36,850 nt of DNA. Source: a virus. Lineage: Duplodnaviria > Caudoviricetes. A program made the translations under genes and the position numbers. How positions within the stretch are numbered: the first letter of the stretch is position 1; each line of letters starts with the position of its first letter. Below the pieces are notes generated by a model. That model did not search any database and was not told where the DNA came from. It saw only the letters and a list, made by a program, of their open reading frames with translations. The stretch lies in IMG/VR virus record IMGVR_UViG_3300027627_000014, positions 1-36,850 of that record. One strand, given 5' to 3'. Positions 1 to 9,227 of the stretch are shown in pieces.

Positions 1-21
1 GTATCTAGGAAAAAACTGGCC

Positions 22-47
22 GGAAGTACCTTACAAGCCCCCCCCCC
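22..47 (-). other. Putative packaging (cos-region) signature: G-run followed by AGGTACTTCC
   Basis: Minus strand reads GGGGGGGGGGCTTGTAAGGTACTTCCGG just after the last small gene. It resembles the lambda cosQ-adjacent GGGTCCTTTCC and lies where terS would follow in a circular map (inference). Confidence 0.4.
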
Positions 48-262
48 TATTCGACAACACGTGGCCGCCCACGCCTGGGAGCGGCGACCTCGATGCGGTA
101 GTGCTCGGCGAGGATGCTGATGATGACGGCTTGGATCGTCACGCCGCCATTCTTCGCATCACTGGCCAGCCGCGTGCCAAGCGGCTCAGAAAACCGGATG
201 TTAACCTGTGGGTTGCCCACGGGGGCGGGCTTTCGCCCGTCCCCCTTCGTTTTCTTTTTCAT
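47..262 (-). CDS. Small ribbon-helix-helix (Arc/CopG-like) DNA-binding protein
   Basis: PQVNIRFSEPLGTRLASDAKNGGVTIQAVIISILAEHY fits the strand-helix-helix RHH pattern; basic termini including an RRGRPR AT-hook-like motif; ATGA coupling to the upstream ORF. Confidence 0.65.
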   Translation of the reverse strand: MKKKTKGDGRKPAPVGNPQVNIRFSEPLGTRLASDAKNGGVTIQAVIISILAEHYRIEVAAPRRGRPRVVE

Positions 263-498
263 GCTGCCACCAGTTCGTTCGCGATCTTTCTCAGCGTCTC
301 CGTGTCAATGTCTCTCGCAGCCTCTTGATTCAGCAGGAAGGCTTTCACCGTTACGGCGCGGTATCCGCATTGCCGCATCAAGTCCGCTGACCACTCTGCT
401 CGTTCGCGTGTCGGTCGCAGAAACTTCACTGCGGCGGAGCCAAGGTCGTGATCGTCGGCTTGTACTGCGAAGGCCCATTTCAGTTCGTTGGTCGTCAT
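259..498 (-). CDS. Hypothetical protein (79 aa, MTTNELKW...)
   Basis: ATG at 498 preceded by AAAGGGAC; stop overlaps the next start. Confidence 0.6.
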   Translation of the reverse strand: MTTNELKWAFAVQADDHDLGSAAVKFLRPTRERAEWSADLMRQCGYRAVTVKAFLLNQEAARDIDTETLRKIANELVAA

Positions 499-539
499 TT
501 TCGTGTCCCTTTGTTTGTGGTTGGTTGTGTCTGGCGGGT

Positions 540-590
540 TAATGATACCATTATCGGCAAGAGAAGAAAGCCAAATTGATACCAATTCGA
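540..590 (-). promoter_or_regulatory. Putative promoter (extended -10 TGgTATCAT) with two TGGTATCA copies
   Basis: AT-rich intergenic DNA; GATACCA at 544-550 and 578-584 on the + strand. Confidence 0.35.
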
Positions 591-860
591 GAAAGTTACC
601 AAAATAGTTTGGAACGCATAAAAGCTTCGTTATGAGTGCAATTTGATTACCAAACCTCGCGCACGCGAAGGGGGAAATGATAAAAGCCTATAGAGAGAGG
701 TTTTCTATTTATTGATGGTAATAGGTAATAGGTCTACTTTTCCTTTACGCCGCAACGACTTAGCGTTACCAACCGAGTTGGCGACCGGTTTGGCAATTGG
801 TAACAGGTTCAAACCTGTTGCCAAGTTTTTTTGGTAACTGGTTTTAGGTTTTGGCAATGG
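590..860. repeat. Putative replication origin: clustered TTGG(T/C)AA / TT(A/G)CCAA iterons plus a palindrome
   Basis: Copies at 596, 647, 766, 790, 797, 818, 831 and 851, plus GGTAATAGGTAATAGG at 717-732. Palindrome TTGGTAACAGGTT-CA-AACCTGTTGCCAA at 797-824. AT-rich and directly downstream of the primase gene. Confidence 0.55.
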
Positions 861-3057
861 GTTTTGACCGAAACGCGACGTGCCGATACATTTTTTGAGG
901 TGTTCCGCCGGTCGCGGATTCGACGATATCGAGGTCGTGATTGGTCAGCATGTCGAGCAGGTATCGGTCGCGGAGATACGGCTGGATCGACCTGAGCTTC
1001 CGATTCAAACTCCACGCCGCGATCCCTTTTGGTCCAGCCGCGAGCGTGATGCGGTCGATGAGTGCGTAGTCCTTCTCTGATTGTGTCTCGGCCACGTTTT
1101 TCCCTGTGCTGTCTACTTTCTGCTCGGTCAGCCAATTTGATAACGCGATTGCCAAATCAACGTCCGCCAGCGTGATTTCAAGCCCGAAGAATCCAACGCG
1201 GCTGCACGCGAACAGCAGTGCCAGCTTGGCTGTGTTCTCGGCAGTGCCGCCCCACATTGCGGCCCTGACATTATCTTCCTTGATGCGTGCTTTCGCGATC
1301 TTGAATTCGTGCTCAACGTACCTTGCCCATGCTTCGGGAATGTGTGGCACAACTCTCGCTTTCGCGGTCTTGAGGTTGCCCGGCACAACGTCTCCGGGGA
1401 ACGCGAGCCATTGCGTGACTTGATTGGTGATCGCGGCTGGTATTTCGGCCCCTGGTGCCGCGTCAGAGTTCGGCAGCACCGCCCCGCGTCCCGGAAAGAG
1501 CAGCATTCGGCCCATGAAGCCGCCAGCCAGGTAGTCGCTCGTGACGTGCCGCCAGAAAATTTCAGGTGCAGAACTGGCGAACAAAACGAAGTGAGGCTGG
1601 TCAATCACGACCTGCTTTTTGTTGTCCGCGTAGCGGGCGGCTTTGTAGACGCCTTTGGATGCTGAATACATTTTAGTCATGGCGGTGACCATTTGAGCAG
1701 CTTGAGTGTTGCCACCCGACTTCGATCGTGCCAACGCGAGGAAGTCGCCAAACTCGTCCCACATCATCATCCCGACGCCGTGTTGTTCCTCCATGAAGCC
1801 ATGCAACGCGGCCGCACTCGCTGAAGCCTCTTCGTACAGGCTCGGACAACCGACTGCTCGCAGGATGCCTTCGTTGACCGTGCGGGGATGCTCTTTGCCG
1901 GAGCGGGTTGGACCGAGCGTCGTGATCTGGAGGTTGGTTCGTGTGTTGCGTCGGTCGCAGATTTTGCGGCCGGTGATCAGCGACATCATGGCCAACGCAC
2001 CAGCGAGTGCGAGTTCGGGCTGCGGATAGATCGCGGTCGCGAGCGTGAATGCCACGATTTCGCCGATCAGTCCCGGCGCGGCGAGGCATCGCGTTGGGAA
2101 GCGGCGGAGTTCTGGTGGTGGAGGTTCATCCGGCTCTGCCGCCTCCACCGCACGCGGCAACGTGAGGTCGAGCACGACGCTCGATTGATAGCTCGGCTCA
2201 CGTTCTGTCAGCAGCCACCCGGCCGGCTTGTCGCACTGTGTGCCGATTGCACTTTCGATCTTGTGTGCCAGTTCGCGCTCCGACCACGGCGGAAGGCAGC
2301 CGAGGTTCCATTCGGCGAGGTGACTGGTCGCATCTTCAGCCGAAAGCTGAAATCCCGTCACGAGGCAACGTGCCGCCCACAGCGTGCGGTTGTGCCCACC
2401 CTGGCCGCTGACGGCTGGCGGGATGGTCTGCATGTAACGCCGGACACGCTCGCTGATCGCTACCGGGGCTTTGGTTTGGGGAATCGTGGCTGGCCAATAG
2501 TCGGCAAGTAATCGTCTGAGTGCATCACTGGCAGGCACCACCTCACCTCCGATCGCGTCGCCAGTAAACGTGAAATAACGCCCGTTGGAATAGATTTCGA
2601 TTCCTGGTTGCTTGTCGCTTGTGGCTGGTTCGGTAAGTTTAGTTTTTCGTCCGCGTCCATCGGGCAACCCCCCTTGGCAAATGATGTGTATGCCTTTGCC
2701 GCTCGGCGAAAACTCCGCGTAACAATCCATCGCTTTCACGATCCGCAACGCCCACGGTGCGATTGCACCATCACAAACTGCCCCGTCGAGGTCGATGCCG
2801 ACCAGCCCGTCAGCCGCTCGAAACATGAAGCCGATTCGGTTGCCGAACTGGTCAGCAACCGCCAACACGTTCGCGAGCGTGTTCCACGTTGACGGGTCGT
2901 TTGACTTGGCCGGCTTCCCGTTCGGTTGAAGCGGAATCTTGTCGGCGGACCAAAGTACCCAATTCGGCAATTCAGCGAGTATTGGTGGAAACCTCCAGAA
3001 CTCTGACGGTGTAGCGAGCTTGATGACTTTCTCGTAAACCTCATCCGTGAATGCCAT
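844..3057 (-). CDS. Primase-polymerase (AEP-like N-terminus, PriCT-like middle, DUF3987-like P-loop C-terminus)
   Basis: GIDLD and EFSPSGKGIHI prim-pol motifs; PAVSGQGGHNRT PriCT-like segment; GPTRSGKE Walker A and WDEFG Walker B. Likely start MAFTDEVY at 3057. Confidence 0.85.
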   Translation of the reverse strand: MAFTDEVYEKVIKLATPSEFWRFPPILAELPNWVLWSADKIPLQPNGKPAKSNDPSTWNTLANVLAVADQFGNRIGFMFRAADGLVGIDLDGAVCDGAIAPWALRIVKAMDCYAEFSPSGKGIHIICQGGLPDGRGRKTKLTEPATSDKQPGIEIYSNGRYFTFTGDAIGGEVVPASDALRRLLADYWPATIPQTKAPVAISERVRRYMQTIPPAVSGQGGHNRTLWAARCLVTGFQLSAEDATSHLAEWNLGCLPPWSERELAHKIESAIGTQCDKPAGWLLTEREPSYQSSVVLDLTLPRAVEAAEPDEPPPPELRRFPTRCLAAPGLIGEIVAFTLATAIYPQPELALAGALAMMSLITGRKICDRRNTRTNLQITTLGPTRSGKEHPRTVNEGILRAVGCPSLYEEASASAAALHGFMEEQHGVGMMMWDEFGDFLALARSKSGGNTQAAQMVTAMTKMYSASKGVYKAARYADNKKQVVIDQPHFVLFASSAPEIFWRHVTSDYLAGGFMGRMLLFPGRGAVLPNSDAAPGAEIPAAITNQVTQWLAFPGDVVPGNLKTAKARVVPHIPEAWARYVEHEFKIAKARIKEDNVRAAMWGGTAENTAKLALLFACSRVGFFGLEITLADVDLAIALSNWLTEQKVDSTGKNVAETQSEKDYALIDRITLAAGPKGIAAWSLNRKLRSIQPYLRDRYLLDMLTNHDLDIVESATGGTPQKMYRHVAFRSKPIAKT

Positions 3058-3067
3058 GTTACTTACT

Positions 3068-4117
3068 CTATCGGTTTTGAAAATAGGTGAGTGATTTTTG
3101 TGCGCGTGTCGCGGCCGTGTATCTCCAATGCGGGCAGGCGATCGCATCTTCGACGACCACTACTTTTGCAAACTCGCTGCCTTGTGCCTTGTGGCATGTC
3201 ACGGCAAAACCGTCTTCAACCAGCACGCACTTTGTTTTCGTTTTGTCGAATGTGGCTTGGAACATTCGTCCGCAGGTTGTCGAGATTTCTGATCCCGTGT
3301 TGCTCTTAACCTCAAACATTTCACCGTTGCATATTTTCTCTCGGTAGTGATTTTTCGAGCAAGTAATTTTCAAGCCTTGGCAAAATCCAGTTTCCGGCAT
3401 ATCGAGCAATCGACGCATCTCAATATTGAAGCCTGCTCGCCATTGATTTGTGTAACAAATCACGATCGAAGCGCCACACTCGGCAGCATATTGCACGACA
3501 TCCTTACCGTTCGCGACTGGTGGGTTGATCGTCACTGTCGCGATGGCGACGAACTCAGAAGGTGATTTACCTGCTCGCAAGTGATTCGCGAAGTCGATCA
3601 GTTCTCCGTTGCCGGCGTGTCGATGTTGAGTTGTTAGTTTCGCGTTGAGCGTTTCTTCATTCATTAAACAAAATCCACTCGCGTCTTGTTCGACTGGAGG
3701 AAGTTGTCCGTAGTCGCCGATCCACACCACTCGATCCGCACAGCGCATGATTTTTTGGTACATACCACGCGACACCATCGAAGACTCATCAACTGCCATA
3801 ATTTGTCGGTGAGCATTTTTGTCGATGAATTGCGGGACGACGCGGCCACGGTCATCAATCTCTTCGTGCGTGAATTTCATCAAGAGCGAGTGTAGCGTGT
3901 TGGCTTCGATGCCTTTTGCTCGCAAAACCTGTGCGGCCCGTGCGGTTGGAGCGAAGACATCACACTGGCCGATCATCTCACAGATTTGACTGACAATCGT
4001 GGTTTTTCCGGTGCCAGCCAGTCCGCCTAGCCGGAATTCACGCGAGCCACTCGCCAGCCATGTTTTGAATTGTCGCAGTGCTTTAGTCTGGTCGTCGGAT
4101 AACGAAAAGCGAGACAT
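3068..4117 (-). CDS. RecD/Dda-like SF1B 5'-3' helicase
   Basis: GLAGTGKTT, APTARAA, VDESSM, IGDYGQLPPV, VTCHKAQGSEF and YTAATRA motifs. Confidence 0.9.
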   Translation of the reverse strand: MSRFSLSDDQTKALRQFKTWLASGSREFRLGGLAGTGKTTIVSQICEMIGQCDVFAPTARAAQVLRAKGIEANTLHSLLMKFTHEEIDDRGRVVPQFIDKNAHRQIMAVDESSMVSRGMYQKIMRCADRVVWIGDYGQLPPVEQDASGFCLMNEETLNAKLTTQHRHAGNGELIDFANHLRAGKSPSEFVAIATVTINPPVANGKDVVQYAAECGASIVICYTNQWRAGFNIEMRRLLDMPETGFCQGLKITCSKNHYREKICNGEMFEVKSNTGSEISTTCGRMFQATFDKTKTKCVLVEDGFAVTCHKAQGSEFAKVVVVEDAIACPHWRYTAATRAQKSLTYFQNR

Positions 4118-4131
4118 ACGAAATTTATCTT

Positions 4132-4314
4132 TCAATTTGTGGAACATCCGCCGCCGCATCCTGCCACGCTGTCATCCCGCATCGCGCGGTACGCCAGTTC
4201 GAGCACGGCCAGCAGTGTTCGTGGGTCGATATCAACCCACTTAATGACCGGCCTCGCGGCGGCAGCGGTGGCTTGCTTGTGCAGGTCGTTCAGGATTGAT
4301 TCGTTGATGGCCAT
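4132..4314 (-). CDS. Hypothetical small protein (MAINESILND...)
   Basis: ORF filling the gap between the two helicases. Confidence 0.5.
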   Translation of the reverse strand: MAINESILNDLHKQATAAAARPVIKWVDIDPRTLLAVLELAYRAMRDDSVAGCGGGCSTN

Positions 4315-4344
4315 AGTTTTGCTTTCTTGGTTTGAGATCACGTC

Positions 4345-6099
4345 TTAGAACGGAACTTCCGCCGCCTCGAATGGATCAAACGCTTCTTCTCCCAACTCGC
4401 CCTCGTCCGCCCACTCTTCCGGTCGTTCGTCTGTGATTTCCTGCCGAACAATCTGCGTGAACTTGCCTTTCGGCACGGTCCAAATTCGACTCGCCACCAC
4501 GACTGCCCCACGCTGCCACAGGTCGATTGCCGGGTCGATCAAGCTGCCCTGCTCGTCCTCCACCAGTTCGGCCAGGCTGCGTTCTTTCCACCACTTGATC
4601 GCGTTGCGTTTTGGGAAGCCGACGTGGTCCAGGCACACCCATTCGCTGATCGTCTTTTGCGTCAGGTTGCCTTCGCTCTCAGCCAGTTGGCAAACGTAAT
4701 CAATCCGCAACGTGTTCGGAGCGTCGGGAGCATCGCGTTTGACGTGCCGGCTGAACGTAGCACTTTCCACGAGGTATTCCGTCGGCTCGATCTGTGATTC
4801 AAGAATAGCCGACTCGATATCCGCATTCGCATCGTGGCGAGGCTTGGCCGGCCACTCGAACCCGCATTCCGTGCAGGTCTTCGCTTGTATCTGCTGAGGC
4901 TCTCCGCACGCTGGGCATTCTTTTGACGGCATGCCATCAACCACGCCTTCGCGTGTTTGCTTCGGTTTCGGGATTCCGTAATCGTCCGCGTCGATGGGGC
5001 CGTGACGGGCAATGTTCTGGCCGAGGTCGAGCACGAGACAGTTTCCCTTGGACTCATGCACCCGGAATCCACGTCCGCAAATCTGCGCGAACAGGCCCGG
5101 CGAAGCCGTGGCACGCAAAACACAAATGCAGTCGATTCGCTGGGCATTGAAACCGGTCGTCAGCACGTCCACGTTCACGAGCCAACGCAGCGTTCCCGCC
5201 TTGAACATCGAAAGCAGGTTAGATCGTTCGAGCGGCATAGTCTCGCCCGTCACGAGGCCAACCCGCTCGCCAGACATCGTGGCCAACACTTCGGCAACGT
5301 GCCCCGCGTGCTTGACGCCTGAGCAAAACACGAGCACGGAATGCCGGTCGACTGTCTTGCTCAAGATTTCAGCCACAGCCGCATTGACGTGGTCATCCGT
5401 GTCGAACAGCCGCTCGCTGTCGGCCGCGTCAAACTCATGCGTTCGGGCAATGATCTTCAGTCCCGACGTGTCGAGTTCGCTGGACATTGGTTTGTTGATG
5501 ATCGGGCACAAATAGCCCTCAGTCATCAGCCGCGAAACGCTGGCCGTGTAGGCAACTTTGGTCAGCAAATTCTGCGGCCCGCACAACGCTCCGCTGCCGG
5601 TGCGGAACGCCGTGGCGGTCATCCCACAGAGTCGCACGTGCGGGCACAGTTCTTTGATGGCGTGCAAAAACGTGCGATATCTGCCTTCGCCGTCTGGTGC
5701 GATCAGGTGGCATTCATCCGCGATGATGATCTCACGCGAGCCGAACAAATGAGCCTTGTCGAAACAACTTTGGATGCCGGCAAATACAATCGCGTGGTCC
5801 GTATGTCGCTTGTTGAGTCCGGCAGAATACAGCCCGACATCAACGCCCGGCATCAACGCTCGGCACTCGGCCGCGTTCTGCTCGATCAACTCTTTGCGTG
5901 GGTGCAGGACGATCACTCGCCCGCCAGCGTCGATGGTACGCTTGGCCAGCATGGCCACGATGATCGACTTGCCTGATCCGGTCGGAAGCACAGCAACGGG
6001 CGAGTGGTCACGCATATCACGCCACAACGCTTCCGCAGCGGCGTCTTGATAATAGCGCGGGACGATCAGTGAAGTGGCGGTGCCGAAGGGGAGACTCAC
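4345..6099 (-). CDS. SF2 DEAD/DEAH-type helicase (RadD/YejH-like) with zinc ribbon
   Basis: LPTGSGKS, DECH, MTAT, VLTTGFN, QICGRGFR and CPACG...CTECG. GTG at 6099 follows GGAGG and overlaps the upstream stop. Confidence 0.92.
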   Translation of the reverse strand: MSLPFGTATSLIVPRYYQDAAAEALWRDMRDHSPVAVLPTGSGKSIIVAMLAKRTIDAGGRVIVLHPRKELIEQNAAECRALMPGVDVGLYSAGLNKRHTDHAIVFAGIQSCFDKAHLFGSREIIIADECHLIAPDGEGRYRTFLHAIKELCPHVRLCGMTATAFRTGSGALCGPQNLLTKVAYTASVSRLMTEGYLCPIINKPMSSELDTSGLKIIARTHEFDAADSERLFDTDDHVNAAVAEILSKTVDRHSVLVFCSGVKHAGHVAEVLATMSGERVGLVTGETMPLERSNLLSMFKAGTLRWLVNVDVLTTGFNAQRIDCICVLRATASPGLFAQICGRGFRVHESKGNCLVLDLGQNIARHGPIDADDYGIPKPKQTREGVVDGMPSKECPACGEPQQIQAKTCTECGFEWPAKPRHDANADIESAILESQIEPTEYLVESATFSRHVKRDAPDAPNTLRIDYVCQLAESEGNLTQKTISEWVCLDHVGFPKRNAIKWWKERSLAELVEDEQGSLIDPAIDLWQRGAVVVASRIWTVPKGKFTQIVRQEITDERPEEWADEGELGEEAFDPFEAAEVPF

Positions 6100-6317
6100 G
6101 CGATCCTCCAAACGCCAACCCCGTCAGGCGTGCAACGTGTCGCAAACTTGCGACCGCGCAACGACGGCTTGCGACTGATGCTCGATAGATTTTGCTGCAT
6201 GGCACGGCGTGCGGTCGGGCAGCACGCGACCGCAAAACATTGGCCAACCTCTAGCAGGTGGAACGGATAGCGTTCGCGGGCGAATAGCGGCGGCAGTGGT
6301 AGTGTTTGGATCTTCAT
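6096..6317 (-). CDS. Small basic phage protein, probably DNA-binding (RYPFxxLEVGxxF type)
   Basis: RYPFHLLEVGQCFAV ... RKFATR ... GVGVWRIA pattern, common in small phage proteins. Confidence 0.65.
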   Translation of the reverse strand: MKIQTLPLPPLFARERYPFHLLEVGQCFAVACCPTARRAMQQNLSSISRKPSLRGRKFATRCTPDGVGVWRIA

Positions 6318-6329
6318 TTTGTGTCCGTT

Positions 6330-6405
6330 GAAAAATGGCGGTCTCTCCCGCCCGTCAAGCCAGTGTCTTTATTTGTACGGCACATCCCGGCTTCCCCGTG
6401 CCTTG
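6330..6405 (-). ncRNA. Candidate structured RNA: H-type pseudoknot followed by a terminator-like hairpin
   Basis: Stem GGCAC/GTGCC; loop AAGCCGG complementary to downstream CTGGCTT across an A-rich linker; then GGCGG-GAGAGA-CCGCC-ATTTTTC. Confidence 0.4.
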
Positions 6406-6409
6406 GTCG

Positions 6410-6904
6410 TCAATTGTATTTTTCCCACGGTGCCGCATTGCTTGCAGCGACCTGCGGCACATTCTCACTCGCTGAAGCCATAACTGGAGCTGTCGACGTC
6501 GCTCCGCTCGCAATCCGTCGCGGCTTCTTCAGCACGTTTTGCAAGCCGCCGTCGTTGTCTTTGACATCGACGTAAGCCATAAACGGAACGCTGATTTGAC
6601 CACCCTGCCCGTTGAGCAGTTGGGCGGTGTCGGTCAACTTCAGCACGCCGATCGCTTCGCAGATTTTCTTCAACATCTGCTCACTCATTGCCTGAGCAGT
6701 CGGGTTGGGATTCTTGATGTTCAATCCCTCGAACAAAGTCCTGTTGCCGTACTGGCCACCACACACCGTCAGCTTGAGGTTGAGTCGCAGGCCGTCGCCG
6801 GCCTTCGTCGGCTTGATTTCCGCACCGGAAATCACGAGCCGGTATTCGCCTTTCGGAATCACGTCGTTCTGCACTTTTGCGGGGTCGAAATCTAACGCAG
6901 CCAT
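6410..6904 (-). CDS. DUF669-like single-stranded DNA-binding protein
   Basis: IPKGEYRLVI..AEIKPTKAGDG..LNLKLTV..GQYGNRTLFE.LNI and a C-terminal APW; follows Sak4. Confidence 0.8.
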   Translation of the reverse strand: MAALDFDPAKVQNDVIPKGEYRLVISGAEIKPTKAGDGLRLNLKLTVCGGQYGNRTLFEGLNIKNPNPTAQAMSEQMLKKICEAIGVLKLTDTAQLLNGQGGQISVPFMAYVDVKDNDGGLQNVLKKPRRIASGATSTAPVMASASENVPQVAASNAAPWEKYN

Positions 6905-6962
6905 AGTGTTGCCCTTTCGGAGCAGATTTGCTGGTGCCTGTTCCACGCGACAGCGTGGTCAG

Positions 6963-7790
6963 TTACCCAGCGACAGAAGGAACTGTTGGCGTGGTCGGCA
7001 AGTATTGGCCGATAAGCTCGTGATAGGTCGAGGTCTTGAGCACTGGAATCTCTTCAGGCACATTGGCCAGCCGAGACTTGGCGACGTAGCCCGGACGTTT
7101 CGCGGTGAACAGCGAACGCTGACCGGCTTCGACTGCGACGTTGCGAGTGCGATTGAAGCCCTCATCTTTCGCAATCACCATCGTGCAATAATTGTAAAAA
7201 AACACCTCGTCGCACCAGTCGCAGACCAGTGCAGAACTCTTCGCGTGAAGCCTTGGCGAATAGAAGTTGTAAGACTCGCCGAGCGGATCGTTGAACTTTT
7301 CAATCTGGCTGTGAGCCAGCAACACGATCTCCAAACCGCGATTCAAATTCATCCATTCCAACGCGTTAAGGATCGCTTTCCAAGCGTCGGCGAACAGCCC
7401 AACATCCTTGCCGTAACCACGCTCTTGGTCCGTATAGACCTCGCTGACGTACTCCACAACCAGATGATGAAGGCCGTCGATTGTGTCGATCACGAGCGTG
7501 TCGAACGGGAGCGGCCCCTTCGCTGCCGCGATGCCGCTGATGAGTGCCATCAGGCTCGGCGTCTTGCCTTCCGGTATCGCCTTGCGGCGGAGCATGTCGC
7601 CGAGCACAGTGACGATCGGCCACGCCGAAACGCCCTCAATATCACGCAGGCCATCTTCCGTCGTAATGAACGCCACGCGGCCTTTCCATCGCGATCCAAG
7701 GCCGCTCTTCCCGACGCCCGGTTGACCATAGATCATGGTCCGCCGTGCCCGTTTCGTCGGCGAATTGAGTAAATTAAAAATGCTTTCCAT
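6963..7790 (-). CDS. Sak4-like AAA_24 ssDNA-annealing ATPase
   Basis: IYGQPGVGKS, TLVIDTID, LLAHSQ, CDWCDEVFF and AKSRL motifs; upstream of the SSB. Confidence 0.85.
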   Translation of the reverse strand: MESIFNLLNSPTKRARRTMIYGQPGVGKSGLGSRWKGRVAFITTEDGLRDIEGVSAWPIVTVLGDMLRRKAIPEGKTPSLMALISGIAAAKGPLPFDTLVIDTIDGLHHLVVEYVSEVYTDQERGYGKDVGLFADAWKAILNALEWMNLNRGLEIVLLAHSQIEKFNDPLGESYNFYSPRLHAKSSALVCDWCDEVFFYNYCTMVIAKDEGFNRTRNVAVEAGQRSLFTAKRPGYVAKSRLANVPEEIPVLKTSTYHELIGQYLPTTPTVPSVAG

Positions 7791-7853
7791 CGTTTCCCCC
7801 CAATCAAGCAAAAGGTCCGCCTTCCAGTACCAGCGACGCCGCTGGCTTCGTTT

Positions 7854-8030
7854 CTACCTCCCAACCACAACCCGCCCGCACTTCAGGCAGGTGCAGGCCA
7901 CATCGCCATCAGCCTGCCGCACGCAGCGGTGCAGCCGCTTCTCTCCGCATTGCTTGCACTCGGCCCGCACTGTGACCGGCTGAGTGTCGGTTGTTTTCGG
8001 CGGACCAAGTCCTCTGTCGTCGTATTTCAT
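7854..8030 (-). CDS. Small zinc-ribbon protein (58 aa, absent from the ORF track)
   Basis: Translated by hand: MKYDDRG...ECKQCGEKRLHRC...CTCLKCGRVVVGR; ATGA coupling to the HAD gene. Confidence 0.6.
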   Translation of the reverse strand: MKYDDRGLGPPKTTDTQPVTVRAECKQCGEKRLHRCVRQADGDVACTCLKCGRVVVGR

Positions 8031-8449
8031 GTTGTTCCCAACACGGTTTCGATTCGTGTGATGAGTTCCGCGAACTCAGCAGACAGCAGCGACTCCATTC
8101 TGCCGTCGGTCAGCACGCTCAAAGCGTGCCGCAACTCAATCTCGAACACCGATTGCGTTGTTGGCTGGCTCTCGTCGCCGGTGCCGATGCCAACTGGGTT
8201 GTCGTCGATCCACACGGCTTCCTTGATGTCGTAGCCGGCCTCGATCGCCGCCTGAGCCTTTGTTCCCTCAGCGAACACGATCGGCCAACTGACACCGGCG
8301 AACGCCATCTCCTGCCGATTCTGGAACGTGTCGCGTCGATGCGTGACCGTGATAACATCGTGGCCACGCTCGAAACAATCCTCGACGAACGCGAGCCAGA
8401 GTTTCTGGTCTTCAGCGAACGTGCCATCAAAATCGAGAGCAAAAATCAT
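8027..8449 (-). CDS. HAD-superfamily phosphatase-like protein
   Basis: ALDFDGT motif I, VT motif II, K motif III and WIDDNP motif IV. Confidence 0.8.
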   Translation of the reverse strand: MIFALDFDGTFAEDQKLWLAFVEDCFERGHDVITVTHRRDTFQNRQEMAFAGVSWPIVFAEGTKAQAAIEAGYDIKEAVWIDDNPVGIGTGDESQPTTQSVFEIELRHALSVLTDGRMESLLSAEFAELITRIETVLGTT

Positions 8450-8796
8450 TTCCTTCCCCTCATGGCCAATAGGTCATCCATCGCACCCCGCGCAGCACGG
8501 CTGCCGGGACTCGTCGCGAAATACTTCTGCCACAACACGGCGTCGGTCTCAGCAACAATCTCGTCGCCATCGTCGTCGAATTTGGCATCTTTGGTCGGCC
8601 CGGTCTTGTGGACTTTCCTCGCGTTTGAACTGAATCCGTTTTTGTTCTGGCTCGCGTGCCGCCGCTGGATCGACTCGGTGACGCCGCCCTGGTCGGCAGG
8701 CTGTGCGATTTGCTCACCGGCTGCGGCGCGAGCACGCATAAGCTCCTCACGTTCTGGAGTCATTGGCGACGGAAGTAGTGGTGACTTTCCGCTCAT
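8446..8796 (-). CDS. Hypothetical protein
   Basis: ATGA-coupled on both sides; AAGGAGG RBS. Confidence 0.6.
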   Translation of the reverse strand: MSGKSPLLPSPMTPEREELMRARAAAGEQIAQPADQGGVTESIQRRHASQNKNGFSSNARKVHKTGPTKDAKFDDDGDEIVAETDAVLWQKYFATSPGSRAARGAMDDLLAMRGRK

Positions 8797-9224
8797 GTTT
8801 CCTCCTTGATACTGACAACAACGTGAGGCATCTCGTCACCGCTCGCAATGACTTTGCAAGCCGTCACCGCGCTGACCTGCGAATCGTCTCGCCAGCACAA
8901 ATCTTTGAGAGCATCCATCACGCTTTTTAGAAGATTGTCGATGTCCGGTTTCTTCGTGTGAGCCTCACGCGGCATCAACCGTTTTTTCCAAATCATTCCC
9001 TTTGGCCTCGGCATCACGAACAAAACGTCGAGCAGTAATCCACCTTCGAGCGGCCTTGTCGTTTCTGACGCCGCAGCGAGCCGCACGTCCGATTTGAATT
9101 GCGTTGCCGGATGCTTGCTCGGCGTGTAGTTCTGCGAGAATGTCCGGCCCTGTGACTCCACGATCCGATGCCGTTGGCGAGGCTGTGCGACTGGCACTGA
9201 CTCAACCCGAAAAATGATCTGCAT
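8793..9224 (-). CDS. rusA: RusA-family Holliday junction resolvase
   Basis: KPDIDNLLKSVMDAL...WRDDSQV catalytic signature. Confidence 0.9.
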   Translation of the reverse strand: MQIIFRVESVPVAQPRQRHRIVESQGRTFSQNYTPSKHPATQFKSDVRLAAASETTRPLEGGLLLDVLFVMPRPKGMIWKKRLMPREAHTKKPDIDNLLKSVMDALKDLCWRDDSQVSAVTACKVIASGDEMPHVVVSIKEET

Positions 9225-9227
9225 TGG

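Noticed and set aside
79-90. GAGCGGCGACCT, 11/12 match to the lambda cohesive end
   Set aside because: It lies inside the RHH coding sequence and is oriented opposite to the genes and the cosQ-like motif; likely chance in GC-rich DNA.
6330-6405. Cobalamin riboswitch (GGGAAG...CACTG...AGACC-GCC fragments)
   Set aside because: Element is too short, the motifs are in the wrong order, and no B12-related gene is downstream.
6705-7772. 355-aa plus-strand ORF and the other plus-strand ORFs in the track
   Set aside because: Shadow frames of well-supported minus-strand genes in GC-rich DNA; no motifs.
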